A stretch of 64,000 nucleotides of DNA from the NCBI RefSeq assembly GCF_036321535.1, contig NC_087436.1, positions 110,052,001 through 110,116,000 of the forward strand. Direction: 5' to 3'. The notes beneath the pieces are model-generated. The model was not told the DNA's origin and searched no databases. It worked only from the letters and a program-made list of their open reading frames with translations. This DNA comes from Camelus dromedarius (Eukaryota). The translations under genes and the position numbers were made by a program. Below, one piece after another: positions 25,779 through 38,647 of the stretch (positions are counted from its first letter, which is position 1; each line of letters starts with the position of its first letter).

Positions 25779-27009
25779 ACAGACAAACACATCCTCCTGA
25801 CACACATGTGAACAAAATACCCTGCTATCTAGTATTCCTGGATGTCTTCTCTATTGAATTTTCAGACTGTGTCTTTTATCTGAGCATTCATTTTTATGGC
25901 AGATAAATCATTTAGAGCCTCACATAGCGGAGTGGAAAGAAATCTTTTATGAAATGCATTTTAGCAAAACCCTTTCACTTCACTATGTAAACTGTGCAAG
26001 TCACTTAAACTCCTGAACTCACCCATCATCTTTAAAACAGAGATAGAAAATTACTTAAATCCTAAAATGAACATCCTGCAATGTTTTTAAGAACCAAATG
26101 GAATGATGTCCACGGAAGAAGTTGTGTGAATGCTAAAGTAGTAATAAAAGTGACAAAATGAAGTTATTAGCCAAACATGTAGGCACTTCTGAGTTAACTC
26201 ACCAATTATACAGTCGTATGAGACAAACAACAAGGTAACTACCTTAAGACTGATTATCTATGGGCATGTTCTCTTTGCTTTGTAAAATCAAATCTGTCCT
26301 ATGGGATGCAAAAAAACAAAAACAAACGTGTTAATATAAAGAGAAAATAAAAGGTATACAAGATGAATCTGTAAGATCACACATTAAGTGGCTATTTCTA
26401 CAGGCACGATAAACATTTTTGTCCTGGCTTAGATTCTCACCACCTATAACTCCTCATGGAAAATTGTTCAAAACATTTTTCCAACTCAACTTGTACTAAA
26501 TGTCACCACTGATAAAAATCATCACCACTTGAGGGTAGATTTGACTTTTAAAAACTGCTGAACATCAGTCAGAATGAATCCTGGTCAAAGAGTAGAGTGA
26601 TTGAACAATAGGGTTTTTCATTTAAAAACAAACTTAAATTTAAAAAAATATATATTTGGTTCAAAGGGTGGCTCAGGTGAGAATTTTTAAATCATTTGGA
26701 GGAACAAATATAGCTGAGTAAATTGTGTTACTTTACCTGTTGTGGATACAGCTCATCTTTGGATACAGAAAAAAAAAAAGGTGAAGATTGTTTTTAAAAC
26801 TCGGGCTTAATACATTATCCTTATATCTCATCGCTGCCTCACACTGGGTACAAATGTCTGCAAAGTCACCCAGATGAGACAAAGTATTCACACATGCACA
26901 CATTCCTGGTCTCATACCTTAGTCTGATTTCTCTAAGATTTACTCTTGCTCTTGGTTTTTATACTTAAATAGTATGTGTCTATTGACACCAGAGACACTT
27001 TGGAGATGA

Positions 27010-27129
27010 TCTCTTATAGTGACTTATAATGAAAATGAATATATGTATGTATATGTATGACCAAAATGATGCTGTACACCAGAAATTGACACAACGAATT
27101 ACATTGACTATACTTCAAATTTTTTTAAA
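27010..27129 (+). mobile_element. Short 5'-truncated artiodactyl/camelid-type L1 3' end
   Basis: gacttataatgaaaatgaatatatgtatgtatatgtatgac...gctgtacaccagaaattgacac...tgactatacttcaa. Confidence 0.8.
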
Positions 27130-29769
27130 GGAGACAGAAGGCAAGAAGCAGCCAGCAGTAGCCATTGGGACTCAGTAACATACAAATCAGTTTGGGTGAT
27201 CTCTGTTTACCATAAATCTTTGAACTAGTTACTCTCTTCATGATCCAGACTCCCTTTCTCAGACACTGAGCCTACAGAGCACAGACCCTGCCTGGATGCT
27301 GTCACCTTGGATTATGCAACTGGATTTTCCTCTGTCTCCTGGGTCAGACTTTTCTAACTGGTTATCACTTCCATGATCCATCCCTCTTTATCTCTTTATC
27401 GCCCAGGAACTGACACTCCTCCAGACTCTTCCATGCCAGCATCTGGCCTGTCTCTAGACAATCCTCTAAGAGGATCTGGATATTCTCCACAGGATGGTTT
27501 TAATTTTTGGCTCTACCTATTTACAGCATGGGTACAATTTTGGCCTTTATCTCCACCCTCCTATCTTTCAGGATTAAGACTTTATGCTGACATAGATCAC
27601 ATCTGCCTAAATCCACCACCTTCCCATCTCATCTGTTCTTTTAAGTGGTTTGAACCCCACTAGATATTTCCTCCTTCACTCCAACATTAACAAATTCTTA
27701 TCTTGTTATATGTTGTGTAGCTAAGAAGTAGTTAAATGATGCACTACATGTCTGCCGAGATTTAAGTCTCCATTAGTTGAATAAAGATAAACTAGAGCAA
27801 GTATCTTATAAGAAAGCTTATCTGCTATGCATTCCAGGCACTATATTCAGCATTCCTACTGTTCAGTCATGGAAACCCTCAAAGTGACCCTGCAGATTTA
27901 CAAATTCAATAATTATTTGTTGAATGAATGAATATTGTCTTGAACTATTTGGATTCTTCATATCAGCCCACCCTGTGCCTCTACATTAAATGTTTGGGAG
28001 ATTTAGGAGCAAGATTCAGTCTTCCAGGAGAAAGATGGAGTTTGGCAGGACCATAAAATATAGCATGGATCTGTCCTTAGGCCGTGAAATGCAGTGGTAA
28101 GGGCAAAAATGAGAAGGCAACACAAATGTTGGTCTATGCCAACGCTTCAAGAGAGGATACCATTGAGGAAAACAGAAGACAAATTTGGGGAGAGCTGTCA
28201 CCCTTGGGCGAAAGGTTACTCAGGACTCTTCTTAAACTTACTAGACCCAGTACCAAAAGCAATCTGGCTAACTTTATACATCCATATACTGCGGGCTCCT
28301 TTCCTGGGCGGTGCTTTGCCTCCATTTGACAGAATTGGAAGATTCATCTGCCCCAGTGGGAAAAAGTTTTGGTGCCTCCTCCCCAAGTCAGGCCAGAAAA
28401 CTGTCCTAAGAGGGTAACATTTCCTAAAATATTCTTAAGAACTCTGCTTTATGATGTATTTTAGAGATGTTTTTAATATGTAAGTCATTTTACATATTAA
28501 TAATTTTGCATTTATTTTATTAGTGACAAAGCATGTCCATTATTTGTTTTACTTAACTGTATGTGGAACGCATGTGGCTGGTGGCCCCAAGAAGAGGGTG
28601 TATCAGCAGAGAGGAAGGGAAGGAAAGGGTTACCAAGTTTGTGTGTGCCTCCTCTGTGAGACCACAAGCTAAACACTTTAAATCATGTCATTTGATTGAA
28701 TGGCAGTCCATAAGATCTATTATTCCTGCATTAGAAGTGAGAATACTAAGTTTTTACAAGTTTCATAAAGTCTTCCAGCCACCTGCTTAGCAATAAGTAG
28801 GCCAAATGCTTGAGCGATACAGTTGGTGTTTTTAAAAGGAAAATACAAATCCAGGTTCTTCATACTCCATGCATCTAACTTTTCCAGAAACACTGAAATC
28901 GTATTTAAATGTTGTCATTTAAGCAACTTATTTTGGTGCCAATGTACTTATAAATATAAACATACGTTCTGGCACTAAAATCTTGAGACATTGATCTATT
29001 TTTATATTGTCATTAAAATGACACTGGATGTTCTTACATTGCTTTCAATATTATCACCGAAGTAAAAAGTAGGTTTTTAAAAAATCTGTTTAAACACCTA
29101 CGGTCTAGAAAATGTGTTCTCGTTTTTCTGTGGAGATTTGCTTACCACTGGACATAATGATTCTGAGGACCTCCTCCAAAAATAAATTTGGTGGTTTTAC
29201 ATCATTTAATTTGTTCTTACTCGAATTTCAGAGTGTTTCCTCTAGTTCTAGTAATTTTCTTAGAGCTGTACAGAGCCAGTCTCTGGAAATTCAATCAACA
29301 CAATAATACTGAAATTTGATATTTGAAAAATTTACTATGGAACGCCAAAGGTTTTCAATGTAAGGTTCTGAGTTTAGTTTCTCATGTCTCAGGTGAAAAT
29401 TAAGTAGTATTTACTCCTTTGTAGTTACTCTGACACTAATGTTTTTCATGTCCTTTTTCACTGATGTGTTTAATGGGAAAGGTGTATTTCCCTTGAGACC
29501 TGAATTAAAGGTATCATCATAAATATGACCATACGTTGAACAGAAGCCAAATAGCTGTTGGTGATCACAGACATGATAATGCAAGTCAAAGGCTGCCGTG
29601 GTTCATGTCACTGAGGTGGACCACTTAGCAGTTCAAAGGAGCACTTGCAAGGAATGCTGTCTGTGAATGGCTCTTAAGAAAAGCAAACCCTCCCAGGAAA
29701 GGGGAAGCTAACATTTTAAAGCTATGAATCCACAAGTACTAAAGAAAAGGAGAAGGGAAGCTAGCTGGC

Positions 29770-29960
29770 ATTATTTAACACATCATTATGCTGCTTAATT
29801 TTATATTCTGTTTAATCTTTGGAGCAAGATTGTGAAGTGGGTATTTATCCCCATTTTACACATGAGGACACTGAGGATTAAGATATTCTACAAATAGTGA
29901 TGAGACTGGATTTGTAGTCTAAGTTTCTCTGGCACTAAAGCCCATGGTCTTTTCCACATG
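29770..29960 (-). mobile_element. MIR
   Basis: tatccccattttacacatgaggacactgagg...ctaaagcccatggtcttttccac. Confidence 0.8.
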
Positions 29961-31774
29961 TCCTATCCTCTCTACCGAGGGAAAGGAATATGGGCACAGG
30001 GGATTCATCTGGGACATGATATGTAGCAATTCCGAGCCCAAGCTTTTCATTTTTCCCTGAATTGCTTTGAAATTGGTCTCAATCCTTGGTTTCTTCTGTT
30101 ATAATGCCCTTCCTTGTAGATAGAGGTTAATAATTTCAGTCTGCAACCTGCTCATGGTCCTGAATTCAATGTGTGAATAAATAACTTTCACAAAGTATCT
30201 TCAGAAGGAAGATACATTCATGGAATTAAACATTTCATTATTTATGGAACTTCATTATATTTAGTATTGAATGTTTAAGAAGACAGAAAAATATCACTTC
30301 AGCCTGATTGTATGGAAAGGTCTTAGGAGAATCCTTAATTTTAGTTCCAGCTCTGCCCCTAACTAGTGTGGAAGGCTGTCTGCTCAGTTTCTTCATGTGA
30401 GAATGAAGAGAGGAGTTATTCTCATATCCTCTGTATGTACTTTAGATCTAAGATAGTAATATGCTTTCTGTCAGTTATAGCACTTTTTTTTTTTATTGGG
30501 CATTATAGAAAGAGAAGAGTATAGTGTTCATACATTGTCTTCAGAAAGACCTGGGACTGTTGATACAGGACAAACCCTGTTAAGTGACTCTGTTTCTTCA
30601 TGGGCTGTTGTGTGTGACGTGGTCAGTCTCTGAGTCATCTGCGATGATGCCTTAGCCCCATCTCCATTAACCGCCCTCCTGATGGGAGAACAGCAGTGAT
30701 CATGAAAAGTGAAAAAAGAGTCAGAGAGTGAAACTTGGTCTCCAGGTCATGATTTTCCCTGTATAACACCCAGTCTCAAAGGTGCCAAGTCTGACAAGCT
30801 GAGTAATCGTGGTGATGATAATAGCCATAGCTATGGCTAACTGAGCCAGGCAAGTGCTAAGTCCTGGCATGGATAACTAATTAAGACGCATAACATTTAC
30901 TCACTAAGTTCCCATTTCTCCCCATTCCTCCCCCCTTCTTTTTTAATAATAAGGAAAGTTTAGCATACTTAGATGACTTACCCAGTGTTCAAATAGTTGA
31001 CAAGGAAGAGAACCAAGAAGGTAGAACTTCATAACTTGAAAGCTCACTTTGTAAAGCATCAAACTCTGCAGGACCCCAAACCGTATTGCCCATATGGATA
31101 CTGATCCAGAATTTTAATTTTTACTTTAATTTTATAGTGATTATAAAGTAATATTTTAAAATCTACCACTGACTGCCCTGAACATAGGTGTATATGTGTC
31201 TGTGTATATTTTATCATTTTGTAGAAGATAACCAGTCATTAAAACACCTTTTCAGAGCATTAATATCATCTTAGACTGGATGGATTGAGGCACAAAGAAA
31301 CTCTTAACCCCCCCATATTTTCTGAATTTAGAAGGAGCAGAGCAGAGGTTGGAAAACAGGTATGTCTGAAGCCAAATCTATTGCCCATCCCATGGTTTCT
31401 CATTGCTTTGTAACATACTCGGTTAACCACATAGTGACTATTTAATACCTACCATCCAGACAGCTTTTAAGATTTGCATGAGGTGAGCTCAACTCTAAGT
31501 TGCCATATGTGGTAAGTAAAATACGCCAGTTCAGATTATCCATGAGGATGGCTAGTAAGGATTTTTGGTTTCTCAACTAACTGTTCAATCTCCACCCTTA
31601 AGCCAATTCACGTTTATTTACCCTTTTACTTGAACAACAAACATGGCTATTAGAGAATGAACTGGCTGAAGAATCTGAGCTGCCTGACCATTGTGGGCTC
31701 CATCCGCCCCAGGACAAACCACCTTCAGGTCACTATGTCTGAAAAAGCAGCTGGGACTCCACTGCTGTGTAGAA

Positions 31775-31946
31775 ATATTTTTGCCTGGGAATCAAGAGCC
31801 CTGGATTCTGTGACTGGCTCTGCTGTGAAACAACAAAGTGACCTTGGCAAGTCGCTTGACGTCTCTAAACCTCAGTTGCCTTGTTTGCGGGTAAAAGTTT
31901 TGAAACAGATGATCTTTAAATGCCCTTCCAGTTCTGAGGGTCTATA
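31775..31946 (+). mobile_element. MIR3/MIRb SINE
   Basis: gccctggattctg...gtgaccttggcaagtcgcttgacgtctctaaacctcagtt...gatgatctttaaatgcccttccagttctg. Confidence 0.8.
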
Positions 31947-32711
31947 AACACTCTTCCCTCTAGCCCGCCTCCCAGAATAGAGCTGCTGCTGCCCTTACAA
32001 AAGTGTTACTGGAGGGAAAAGAAGGAAACAGTGGTAAATAATCCTATTGTGTGATTGCTTCTGAGCACCTAAGACACTCACAGTGACTTGATCACAAACA
32101 AAAGAGATGCCTTCCCAGGATTTACTTGGTTTCTGGAAGGAGGTAGTTCAAGCTTTATACCAATAGTAACTTTTCTCTGATTACTTATTCAAGACAAGTA
32201 TGCAGTTTTTAAGATCACCCTGTAATTCTCAGACCTTCCTTGTTGTCATCTTCCCCCTGCTCGATGGCTCTGTTCTCTTCAGTGACTCTAGTCACAGTGT
32301 CCCCACTCTACCATATCCTTCCACTTTATCACCATCACCCATACTCTCCACGATGAAGCTCTTGTCAGGCGGGCTGGCACGTGCACAAAGTCTGTCAAGC
32401 AAGTTCCCGGCATTTGGAGGTCCATTTGTGTCACCCAAGCTCTAGAGAAGTTGACTGTCTGATGTAATATCCCACCCGGGACATCCATGATAGCTTTTTC
32501 TACACATACCAGAAAAAAAGACAGCACCTCAGTAACTGCAGGAACTGACTTGTGCAGGGAAACATGAGGATTAAGCAAACTTTCTGTCATTTCACAGAAT
32601 AAGCCCTTGTGAAAAGCAAACAGGAAAACTTCGCTCGAGGTATTTTAATTCCTAGAGGACAGAATCTGCACCTGCTACTGATCTACCTAACTATTGTATT
32701 TCCTCTCCCCT

Positions 32712-32830
32712 TACTTCCTTTCATAGACATTTATTAAGCACCTACTGTGTGCTAGACATTGTGTTATGAGCTGAAGATACAGAAAAGAGCAAGTCAGAGG
32801 ATATCTCTGTCCTTATAGAGTTAGCAGTTT
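32712..32830 (-). mobile_element. L2 3' end
   Basis: acatttattaagcacctactgtgtgctagacattgtg...ctgaagatacagaaaagagcaag. Confidence 0.8.
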
Positions 32831-32989
32831 AACCTACCTCCTCTAAGGCACTGATTACATTTTGTTATAAATATATAGTTTTTAGGTATGTTCCTCCAAT
32901 AGACTGTGAAGTTTTAGAGAGCAGAGGCCTTGCCTAAATCATGTCTGATTGCAATGGTTGCACGTAATTCTCAGTATACAGGAGAAGTT

Positions 32990-33132
32990 TAATAAATATT
33001 TATAAATGTATAAAAGTATATAAAAATGTGTGCACTATAAATACATACATATATAAATATAAAAAGTATAAATGTATTAAATGTGTAAAAAATGTATAAT
33101 GGATTTACATAAGTATATGCAAATATATACAA
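32990..33132. repeat. AT-rich low-complexity tract
   Basis: ataaatatttataaatgtataaaagtatataaaaatg... Confidence 0.7.
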
Positions 33133-33134
33133 AT

Positions 33135-33510
33135 TTCCAATGGCTTTTCATTCAGTTTAAAATAAGACCCAAATGCCTTGCCACAGTCTACGAGGCCTTC
33201 CTTCATCTCGCCTCTACTTCAGTTCTTTCTGCTTTAACTCTTACTTCTAGTCTCTCTTTCTCTTTGTTCCTTAAGCAGGTCAAGTTGTTACTAACCTCTG
33301 GACCTTTGTATATGCTACATACTCTCCGCCTGAAATGCTTTTGCCCTCATGTAAGGCACAGTGAGCACTTTCTCATAACTCTGCTCTCAGTTCAAATGGC
33401 TTTCAGTGATTCCCCCAACTCTGTCATTTCCTTCAGCCTCTCTGAGTGACTATCTGTCTTATTGCTCTGATGTATTGCCTTCAGAACATTTATCATTATG
33501 CAAAATAACC
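33135..33510 (+). mobile_element. L2 body fragment
   Basis: ttccaatggcttttcatt...aaaataagacccaaatgccttgccacagtctacgaggcc...cctctggacctttg. Confidence 0.7.
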
Positions 33511-35276
33511 CAGCTGGTCTAACTTGATAAGTCACAACCTCTTTGGACTTTCAGCCTAATTTATAAACCTAGAAAATTAGACTCAATTATTCAGCTCCTT
33601 TGAGCTCTGAAACCCTATTACCTCTAGCAAAGACTCCATTTGAAAACAAAAAAAGACTGGATCATATTCAATTTTTCAACATTTTTTCAGTCAAAAACAT
33701 ACCACATACACTGAGGTGAGAGTCTGTGATACTGCTACGGTAGATTAGAGATGACTTAATCTCTTTCTTTAGGAAGTTGTTGATTGATTGGTTGATTGAT
33801 TTAAAATATCACTTCATTTATTAAGCTTTTCCTAATCACTTTTGTAAGAATATAGCACTTATTCTTTTGTGTTTCCATGGTAATTTCTTCTTGTTGCTCT
33901 TAAAGTTACTGATTTTCTTTTCTTTTTTTATTACAGTTGTTTTCCTTTTTCTTTTTTTTTTTTCTATTTTTAAATGGGTGTTGTTCATACAATAAAAGAG
34001 AACATATAACCCACATTTAAAAAAAAAAAAAAAACAAAGACCTGAATTTACAGGTGCAAGAATCCTGTTTGTCTAGGAATATCCCTGAGGGCGAGTGGAA
34101 GGAGGCAGAATGTGAACCAGGGCTTAACTTATGGCAATATTTCAGCAGTTGTTTCTAAAGCCAATCTAAGCAGAGAGATCCTTGTTTTAAATAAAATGTA
34201 GGAGGCTGGCGTTTGCCAGCTGTTTGGAGACAAAAAAAGGTGAAAATCACAGTTCATTCAAACTTCATTGAGCTGTATATCTTTTGGAGTGCCTTCACTG
34301 GAGATGCAAATCCATCTCATCCTTCTACAGCTGTATAGAAATGGAAGACATAAATCATGCCTCTAAATATATAGTTCAAAACCGTGACATGAACATGAGC
34401 GCATGTAACAGCAGGCTGAACGTCGTCTAGGGGTCAAGGACGACTTTGCTACACAACTAAGGGTGAAAGTTTTCCAAGTTTCTTTAGTAATAGAGTTTTC
34501 TTTCCAACCCCCCAGCAGCAATAAGAGTTTACTACACTTCACTTCAGAGATCTAGTATTAATAGGACCCATCTATATTCTCCTTGTCTGCTTCAGATTTT
34601 CTTAGAAATAATTCAATTAATTCAGTTAGCTTGGTAGACTCTCTGAAAAGCATTGATACAAAAATTTGTCAGGCCAACCCATAGACCAGGCTTCATCAGT
34701 GAGAGATCTCTTCATCTCAATCAACTGTGGATGGACTGTGGTTCACCATATAAGGTAGATTGCCTCTTATGTGTGGGAAACCTCCACCTGGGGGTCTATG
34801 GGGTTGACTGTTATCCAAGGAAGGGGTCACCAGTGTGACAAGCCCCTGGGAGATGCTCTGGAGTGCATGCAGCCAAGGCTTATTATAATACAGGGGGAAG
34901 CAAAGAGGTTTGAGGAAGCACAGATGGACATCCCTCAAGCCAGCTAAACTGGGTCTGGTAGGCTACCTAGAAGAAATGGTGCCTGGACTAGATGTTGAAG
35001 GGTAAAGAGAAGTGGCGAGAAGATAGATGTAAAAAGGGGCAGAGAGAGAAACATGATGGAAAGCCTGGGAGCATAAGATGACTCCAAGGAGCTGAAAATT
35101 AAATGAGATAACGTGAAACCTCATCTCACTGATAAACTCTTCGCATAGTGCCTGGTATGTACTAACCTTTTAAATATTCAGTTTTTAATTGGTTGCTTTG
35201 TCTAGGTTGAATTAAAATAAAAGTCTAACCATGCTCTCACTAGTGATAATAGTTTCACTTTCACCGACAGAAGTTT

Positions 35277-35452
35277 GGGCAGAAAATGTAATTTGTGCCG
35301 TGTGCTAGGCAAAGAGAGACCATTATAAGGATTTTACATGAAAGTGTAAAAAAAAAAAACAGCGGGCAGAAAATGTAATTTGTGCCGTGTGCTAGGCAAA
35401 GAGAGACCATTATAAGGATTTTACATGAAAGTGTAAAAAAAAAAAAAACAGC
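35277..35452. repeat. Tandem duplication, two units (87 and 89 bp)
   Basis: 35277-35363 and 35364-35452 are identical except for A12 versus A14. Confidence 0.97.
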
Positions 35453-35810
35453 TAAATATTGTAGCCATTCAAGAATGTTTGCATTCTGCATCATTGAAAT
35501 GAAAACTGTGGCATTCTAGATGACTGTCTTTAACACCTTTTGATTTCCAGGCTGAGTTCGGACTGAGGAAGGTTAGTACTCCTGGCTCCTTCTGGGAATA
35601 GGTAGATAGGATTGAGATATGTATCTGAGGATAAAATTCCTCTAGAGTCTGAAAACATGTGTTTTCAGGAATGGAAGGGAAAGTCAAAGTATGACTAGTC
35701 CTTATCTATTTCTTACTAGTTCTGTATTCATCAAAGCTCAATGGTAGGTCAACAGCTACCTTAGGGAGAGTGGGGACAAATGCCCCAGTTTGGGTATGAT
35801 GATCCCAGGA

Positions 35811-35896
35811 TAGAGTTCCCAGATAAAACACAGGGTGCCAGTTCAATTTGAAGTTCAACTAATCAATGAATATATATAGATACACACACACATACG

Positions 35897-35930
<34 letters not shown>

Positions 35931-36066
35931 TGTATATATATTCAGTTTAACAATGTTCCATGCAATATTGGGGATACACATATACTAAAAATGTCATTTT
36001 TGTTTATTCTAAATTCAAATTTAACTGGATATTCTCCATTTGTATTTGCTAAATCTGGCATCTCTA
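35811..36066 (+). mobile_element. MER53 palindromic hAT-type MITE with an internal microsatellite
   Basis: tagagttcccagataaaacacagg...ccagttcaatttgaa / ttcaaatttaactgg...tttgctaaatctggcatctcta; 8-bp TSD tcccagga/ttctagga. Confidence 0.88.
35870..35941. repeat. (TA)/(CA)n microsatellite
   Basis: atatatatagatacacacacacatacgtatacacacaca...cgtgtgtatatata. Confidence 0.9.
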
Positions 36067-36529
36067 TTCTAGGATTAATCTGGGTGAACTGGAAAAAGTG
36101 ATCCAGAGAAGCACTAAAAATACCTAAGTTAACTGAATAAATATGAAAACAAAATTTAGCCAAGGGAATAGAAGGGAAGTAGCAAACATACTTTTAAAAT
36201 TTTTTCCCTGAAAAACAATAATACTATTAGCATCGGTTTTCTACCCTAGAGGTAATTTTTTTCAGCATCCTTTTGTACATTATTCATATTCTAAACAAAA
36301 AGAGCTAAACTGGCTTCAAGCTGATTGGTGGTTGTATGGCAACCATGTTGTTTTGATGCTGCTTTTATGTTTGTTTCAATAAAGTTGCCTAAAAGGAACA
36401 TGAATATAGCCAATGCACAAAAGAAACACAAGGAGAAAATACAGACATCTGTACTAGTAACCAGACCTGGGAATTCAAATAACGATATACTATTTTTTTA
36501 TACATCAATTTGATTAAGAATTTAAAAAT

Positions 36530-37640
36530 AAAAATGCTAAGATTTGCTGAGTGTGTGTTAGGGAAGGCTGTTTCACAAGCTACCGTAGAAATAAAAGTAG
36601 ATACACAAATTCTGGAAAGCAATTGGGCATATAGACAAAGAATCTTAAAAATGTTCACATCCTGTAATCCAGTATTTTCATGTCTAGGCATCTACCTGAA
36701 AGAAATACTCAGAAAAACACTCAAATATATGTATAAAGTTGTTACTGCAATTATTTATTACAAAAAAATAGAATAAAACCTGCGTATATATCTCTATGAG
36801 GATGTTTAAATAGATTTTGTTAAATGAATACAATGTTGCATCATATAGTTTCTTAAAGACTATTTATAGCCAAGGGAATGTGCACACAAAATACTGTTGT
36901 TTAAAAAACCCTACTGTAAAAAAAAAAATACTGCAAACAATATCAGTAAACAAAGAATGCTGAAATCATCATGTCATCAGCCGCTGCCGCAACACCCCCC
37001 AGTGAAGACAAGCCTGCAGCCCAGCCTCTGCAGCCACTCACAATGGTGCCCTCTGAGGGGACTCAGAATAAGAAAGGACAGGATACTGGCCCTAGATAGC
37101 TAGGTGCTTGTCAAAAGAATGAATTCAATGAGCCCAAATGTTTGCTTCCTCCCATACATTGTAAAGCGCTAAATTCTTTAACTTGAGATGCCTGGTTTTC
37201 TTTAGTTAACAAGTAATCTTTTAATGTTCCAACTACCTGGTCTTTGTTGTAAAGCTCCTATATATCCTGGCTCATCCCCTACCTCTTCGGAGCAGTCCCT
37301 CAGAGCCATCTGAGAGGCTGTCATCCTGGGCTCAAAGGGGTTCGAGTCCTCAGAAATGCCCACCAAATAAAACATAACTCTCAACTTTTAGGCTGTGCAT
37401 TTATTTCAGTCGACACTACAGAATCTAAGTTTTTTATTTAATGTCATTCCAATTTTTAGACATACGGGTGTGCACGTGATATATGTATGTCTGTTTTTAT
37501 GTACATGTGTGTTAACACATCAAGAAAACACAAAAGAAAAATATACTCAGCATGAATAATACTTATCTGTAGATTGAGAAGAGCATGGATATTTTAATAA
37601 TACTTATTTCTCCATATTTTAAAAATTTTCTACATGGGGT
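36530..37640 (+). mobile_element. Old L1ME/L1MC 3' region interrupted by a solo LTR
   Basis: ttctggaaagcaattgggcatat...cttaaaaatgttcacatcctgtaatccagtattttcatgtctagg; resumes after 37419 to aaaattttctacatg. Confidence 0.6.
36915..37415 (+). mobile_element. ERV1-type solo LTR (copy A)
   Basis: TG...CA ends, perfect 4-bp TSD ctac/ctac, TATA-like ctatatat near 37258, AATAAA near 37365, retained CpGs. Confidence 0.92.
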
Positions 37641-38070
37641 ATTACCAATTTGGGATAAGATGTTTTAAATGGGTCCAACAGATTGATGTTATAATTTCAT
37701 GTAAAAAGGTCTATTTTTACCTGCCAAATTAAGACAAAACATTGATACATGTAAATGATATATGCAAATACTGAATCAGCTGGGACATGGAAAATTTCTA
37801 ATTAAATAACTGAATGGGATTGCTTTCTTCCTTCACTCTATCTTTTACTACAAAAAAAAATGTTGACAATTAGTAATTTTTTCTCATGATTCTATAAGGA
37901 TTTGGCTGCAGAGTTAGTTTTCATAATTTAAAATATTAATATGATTACACAAGAGTATACAATTGAGTTGTGAACATAGTGTCATTTTAAAATGAGAGTA
38001 TCAGCTTTTGGGAGTTTAGCATCAAAATACACATTTTTTTTTAAAGTTTACATGTTATATTTTGTAGCAT

Positions 38071-38647
38071 TGTTGCCAAAAGTTTGGCCCCCATCCCTGA
38101 TGAGCCAAATAACCCAGAGACAAGGTCTTGGAGCTTAGAAGAAAAGAGGCAATTTTATTGCTTTGCTGAGAAAAGGGGACCCACAGCAGGCTAGTGCCTT
38201 CAAAACTGTGAACCCACCTTGGGGATGGGGTGGGGTGGTTATACAGCCAGAGCTCTAACAATAAAGCATTGATAACAAGCAACAGAATCATTTTCTCATC
38301 AGAAGACTTAGAATGGAGAAATGACAACTCCAGGGGACCAATTCTATAGAGGCCAGTGGTTAGATCTCTTTATCTCATGAGCACTCAAGGTGTAGTCTCC
38401 TTGGTAATTCAGGCTATTTTGTAAGGTTACAGTCCTGTGACCTTCTCCTTAGACAGAGACTCAGAGACCAAGCTTGATTATTATTTTCAGTTACTGGAAT
38501 AAAGTAGAACAGTAAGATCAATAGCTTTAGTTTTAACAATAGGCCTGGAACTGTGAGTAGCAACTGGTCAGTTGACCGTTTTAAGGGCGAGCATAAGAAT
38601 AAGCAATCTGTTAGCCTAAGTGCGGCCATTTTATTAATCCTCCTTCA
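38071..38647 (-). mobile_element. ERV1-type solo LTR of a different family
   Basis: minus strand starts TGAAGG and ends GGCAACA; TSD gcat/acat; minus-strand TATAA (ggttatacag) and AATAAA (ttttattg) in LTR order. Confidence 0.8.

Noticed and set aside
35261..35494. ORF with an internal peptide repeat
   Set aside because: It is a by-product of the 87-bp tandem duplication.
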